Source of the DNA: Callorhinchus milii
Lineage: Eukaryota
Reading direction: 5' to 3'
NCBI RefSeq assembly: GCF_018977255.1
Contig: NW_024704793.1
Span: 62,001-126,000 of the forward strand
DNA: 64,000 nt
This document shows, in pieces, positions 61,650-64,000 of this stretch (positions within the stretch are counted from its first letter, which is position 1; each line of letters opens with the position of its first letter). The notes below the pieces were generated by a model. The model had not been told where the DNA came from. It saw only the letters and a list, made by a program, of their open reading frames with translations, and did no database searches. A program made the position numbers and the translations under genes.

Positions 61650-63520
61650 AACTCTCTAATGCGGGTTTGAAAGAATCAGAACTTCCTGCTTCAAGCATCT
61701 CCCTCGGGAGCCTGTGTCAGATGTTCCGTATTCCCTCACTGAAATAATGTTTGTGTAGATTCGTTCTGAATTTAACCCCTTCAATCGCAGGCTGGGTCCT
61801 CCAATTTTCCTATTCTGGATCAGTGAGAAAGCCATGAAGTACACTGACTTGCCGCATCAGAATCATTTTGCGTCTCTATGTAAATGTTCCAGGGCGAACA
61901 TGGCTATTTATTTAGTCCCTCCTCATAGTCCACTCCATCTATTCCATAAGTTAAATAGTTTGCCCTGCTTTGCAGCTCACAGCCGAGCACCTCAGTACAC
62001 CTGCCACTACCGATAACATTCTTACTATCTTTTCTCTCCTATTATAAACCCATTAACACATAATCTATATATTTTGCCGTTCGCTGCAACGGCAAACAGC
62101 AGGACGCTTGCAAGATGTTGCTCTCATTGACAGGATTTGAACGATGATCGACAGCCGAGCTCAACAATTCACACAATTTATTTTGTTAACCGGATTGATA
62201 GTGGATAGCTCTGCCGTCAGACAGGTGGCCACCACACATGAGGCAACAACCAGTCAGTTGTTCACTAATCGGCCCTCGTCACTGGTATTATTCTTGTTAC
62301 ATCTGCTTAGCATTCATTCCAATACTTATTGCATTTCCTATGAAGAAATTTGAACAACGTACTGCAGTTGCAATCGAAAACAACGACATACACCAATAGG
62401 ACATTCCCTGCAGACTTTTGTACTCAACGATATTACCTAAAGAAACCAGACCCTGTCATCTTCCCACAGATATTTCCACACCCAACAAAGGGAAGGATAA
62501 TCTGGCTGCCACATTCAGTCACACAGATAACAGCCAGCTCTTATGTGCCTTTGCTCTTCAGCAACTCGCAAGTTATTGCCAGTCAGTTTATTTATCTTTC
62601 CATCGTCTTTTCTGCCATAATGAGTAATCTTACATTTTGCTTGATTAGACTTCACCTGCCACCGATATACCCGTTGGGCTAATAAGTTGAAGTTCTGCTG
62701 CTTGCGTACGTTGAGAAAACTTTTAGATTTCGCCTTAATATTGTCAGATAGATTTCTTCATGTTCCGCCTTTTGTCTCAAATGAAACTTGATCTCCACAC
62801 ATGGTGATCGAAATACAGAAAGATTGTTTTACAGTTAACATAAATTCTTCCACTTTGTAGCTTTGAAAAGTAGGATGAAATATTTTTTATAAAAAACAAT
62901 CACAATATTTATGATCAAATGCCTGTATGGTGTTCGCGGAGCGAATTATGAAAAATATAAGGAATAAAACAATTGAGTTGTTAAAAAAATTACTGAATGA
63001 ATCAAGATGGAAATTTTATGTCTGAAACTTCCCACACAAAGGCCAGTTGATCAGATCGGATCAGTTCATTTGCTTTATTCTCTGGATATTGTTGTTGGGA
63101 GAATCATGGAATCATAGCTTTATACAGCACAAAAAGAGGCCATTCAGATGATTGCGTCTGTGCCGGCTCTCCGAAAGCAGCTATCAAAATCAAGTCCACT
63201 CTCTCGCAATGTGCTAATAGTCCTGCAAACGTGTCCTGGCCCCAAAATCTATTTCTTACTAAGATGTTAATGAACCCCTTCCAACACACTTTCACAAATG
63301 ATTCCAGATCGAACATCTTGATTGTCCGTTCTCTGCCCAAAGAATAATGTGTTTCTATGCCCACATGATTTGAAATCGCTCATTCCCGGTAAGCAGCTAC
63401 AGATAACTCGATATATCTCTTCGCACTCTGCGCAAGCTTGACAGCTTCCAATTTGTGTTCCCAGAACTGAGCCAGTACTCTAGCTGAGGCTTAAATGGTT
63501 TCATCTAGCAAGGATTTACT
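61650..63520 (-). mobile_element. Scattered old CR1 fragments (61650-62080, 62480-62780, 63100-63520)
   Basis: Motifs shared with other CR1 copies (aacttcctgcttc...tcactgaaata; gaatcatagc..tacagcacaaaaagaggccatt). Confidence 0.6.
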
Positions 63521-64000
63521 AATTCTAACTGGCAGACTGTGCGCCAGAAAACCAGGCAGAACCTTGTAACCTTTTCAGAAAATGGCATAAGATCTTCTCG
63601 CAGGTCATGCCCGTTGCCAAAAGAAAACCCCAAATCCTGGTGGAAAATTCTGCTGTGAAAATATCAAAAGAGGATCCACCTGTCTACAACATTCACAAAT
63701 AGATATCACCGCGTGTCTGAAGTTGAAGGCTCACTCTTTCCCTGAAGTTATGAACCCTACTTACTTGATACCACATCGTAAAAGAAGCAGGTTAGCAAGA
63801 AGCAAATATTTGGCTCCCAAGGCGGCGGCTCAGGTGAAAATGTTATTGTTACTAAAATATGAGTCGTAGCTCAGATGCACCTCAGCTCGCGTTGGAGATT
63901 GATAATATAAATGTAGACACTTGCCACAGATAAATGTATTGCATAGAATACCAAAATGATTTCAGTGCAATATTTTGGCAGGTTTTGACATCGATATCCC

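Noticed and set aside
1-64000. CRISPR arrays, rRNA genes, Ig class-switch regions, a second Ig or TCR cluster
   Set aside because: None seen. The DNA is eukaryotic, the repeats are dispersed retroelements, the J-C intron has no tandem switch-like repeats, and no other V, J or C exons were found.

Overview
Vertebrate genomic DNA from a cartilaginous fish. The taxon is inferred from the cluster-type IgH organisation, the shark-like IgM sequences and the SINE/L2/CR1 repeat content; a holocephalan or a shark cannot be distinguished from this window. Bases 2165-14998 (minus strand) hold one complete, unrearranged IgM heavy-chain cluster: leader, VH, D1, D2, JH, Cmu1-Cmu4 with secretory tail, TM1 and TM2. 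All exons are open and all splice sites are in phase, and RSSs follow the 23 / 12-22 / 12-12 / 23 pattern. The cluster has three oddities: a very short JH, a weak but obligatory D2-JH RSS pair, and a possible cryptic domain-sized exon between Cmu2 and Cmu3. The remaining ~49 kb is a duplication-built array of two-exon class A GPCR genes resembling the GPR139/GPR142 group. Three are intact (22982-23081 + 20564-21462 minus; 37639-37720 + 40344-41245 plus; 50760-50859 + 52475-53373 plus) and two are truncated pseudogenes. The array is densely interspersed with tRNA-headed Deu-domain SINEs and L2 and CR1 LINE fragments. There are two short N gaps. I found no CRISPR arrays, rRNA genes or genuine tRNA genes. 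Repeat boundaries are approximate; Ig and GPCR exon boundaries were read from splice sites.
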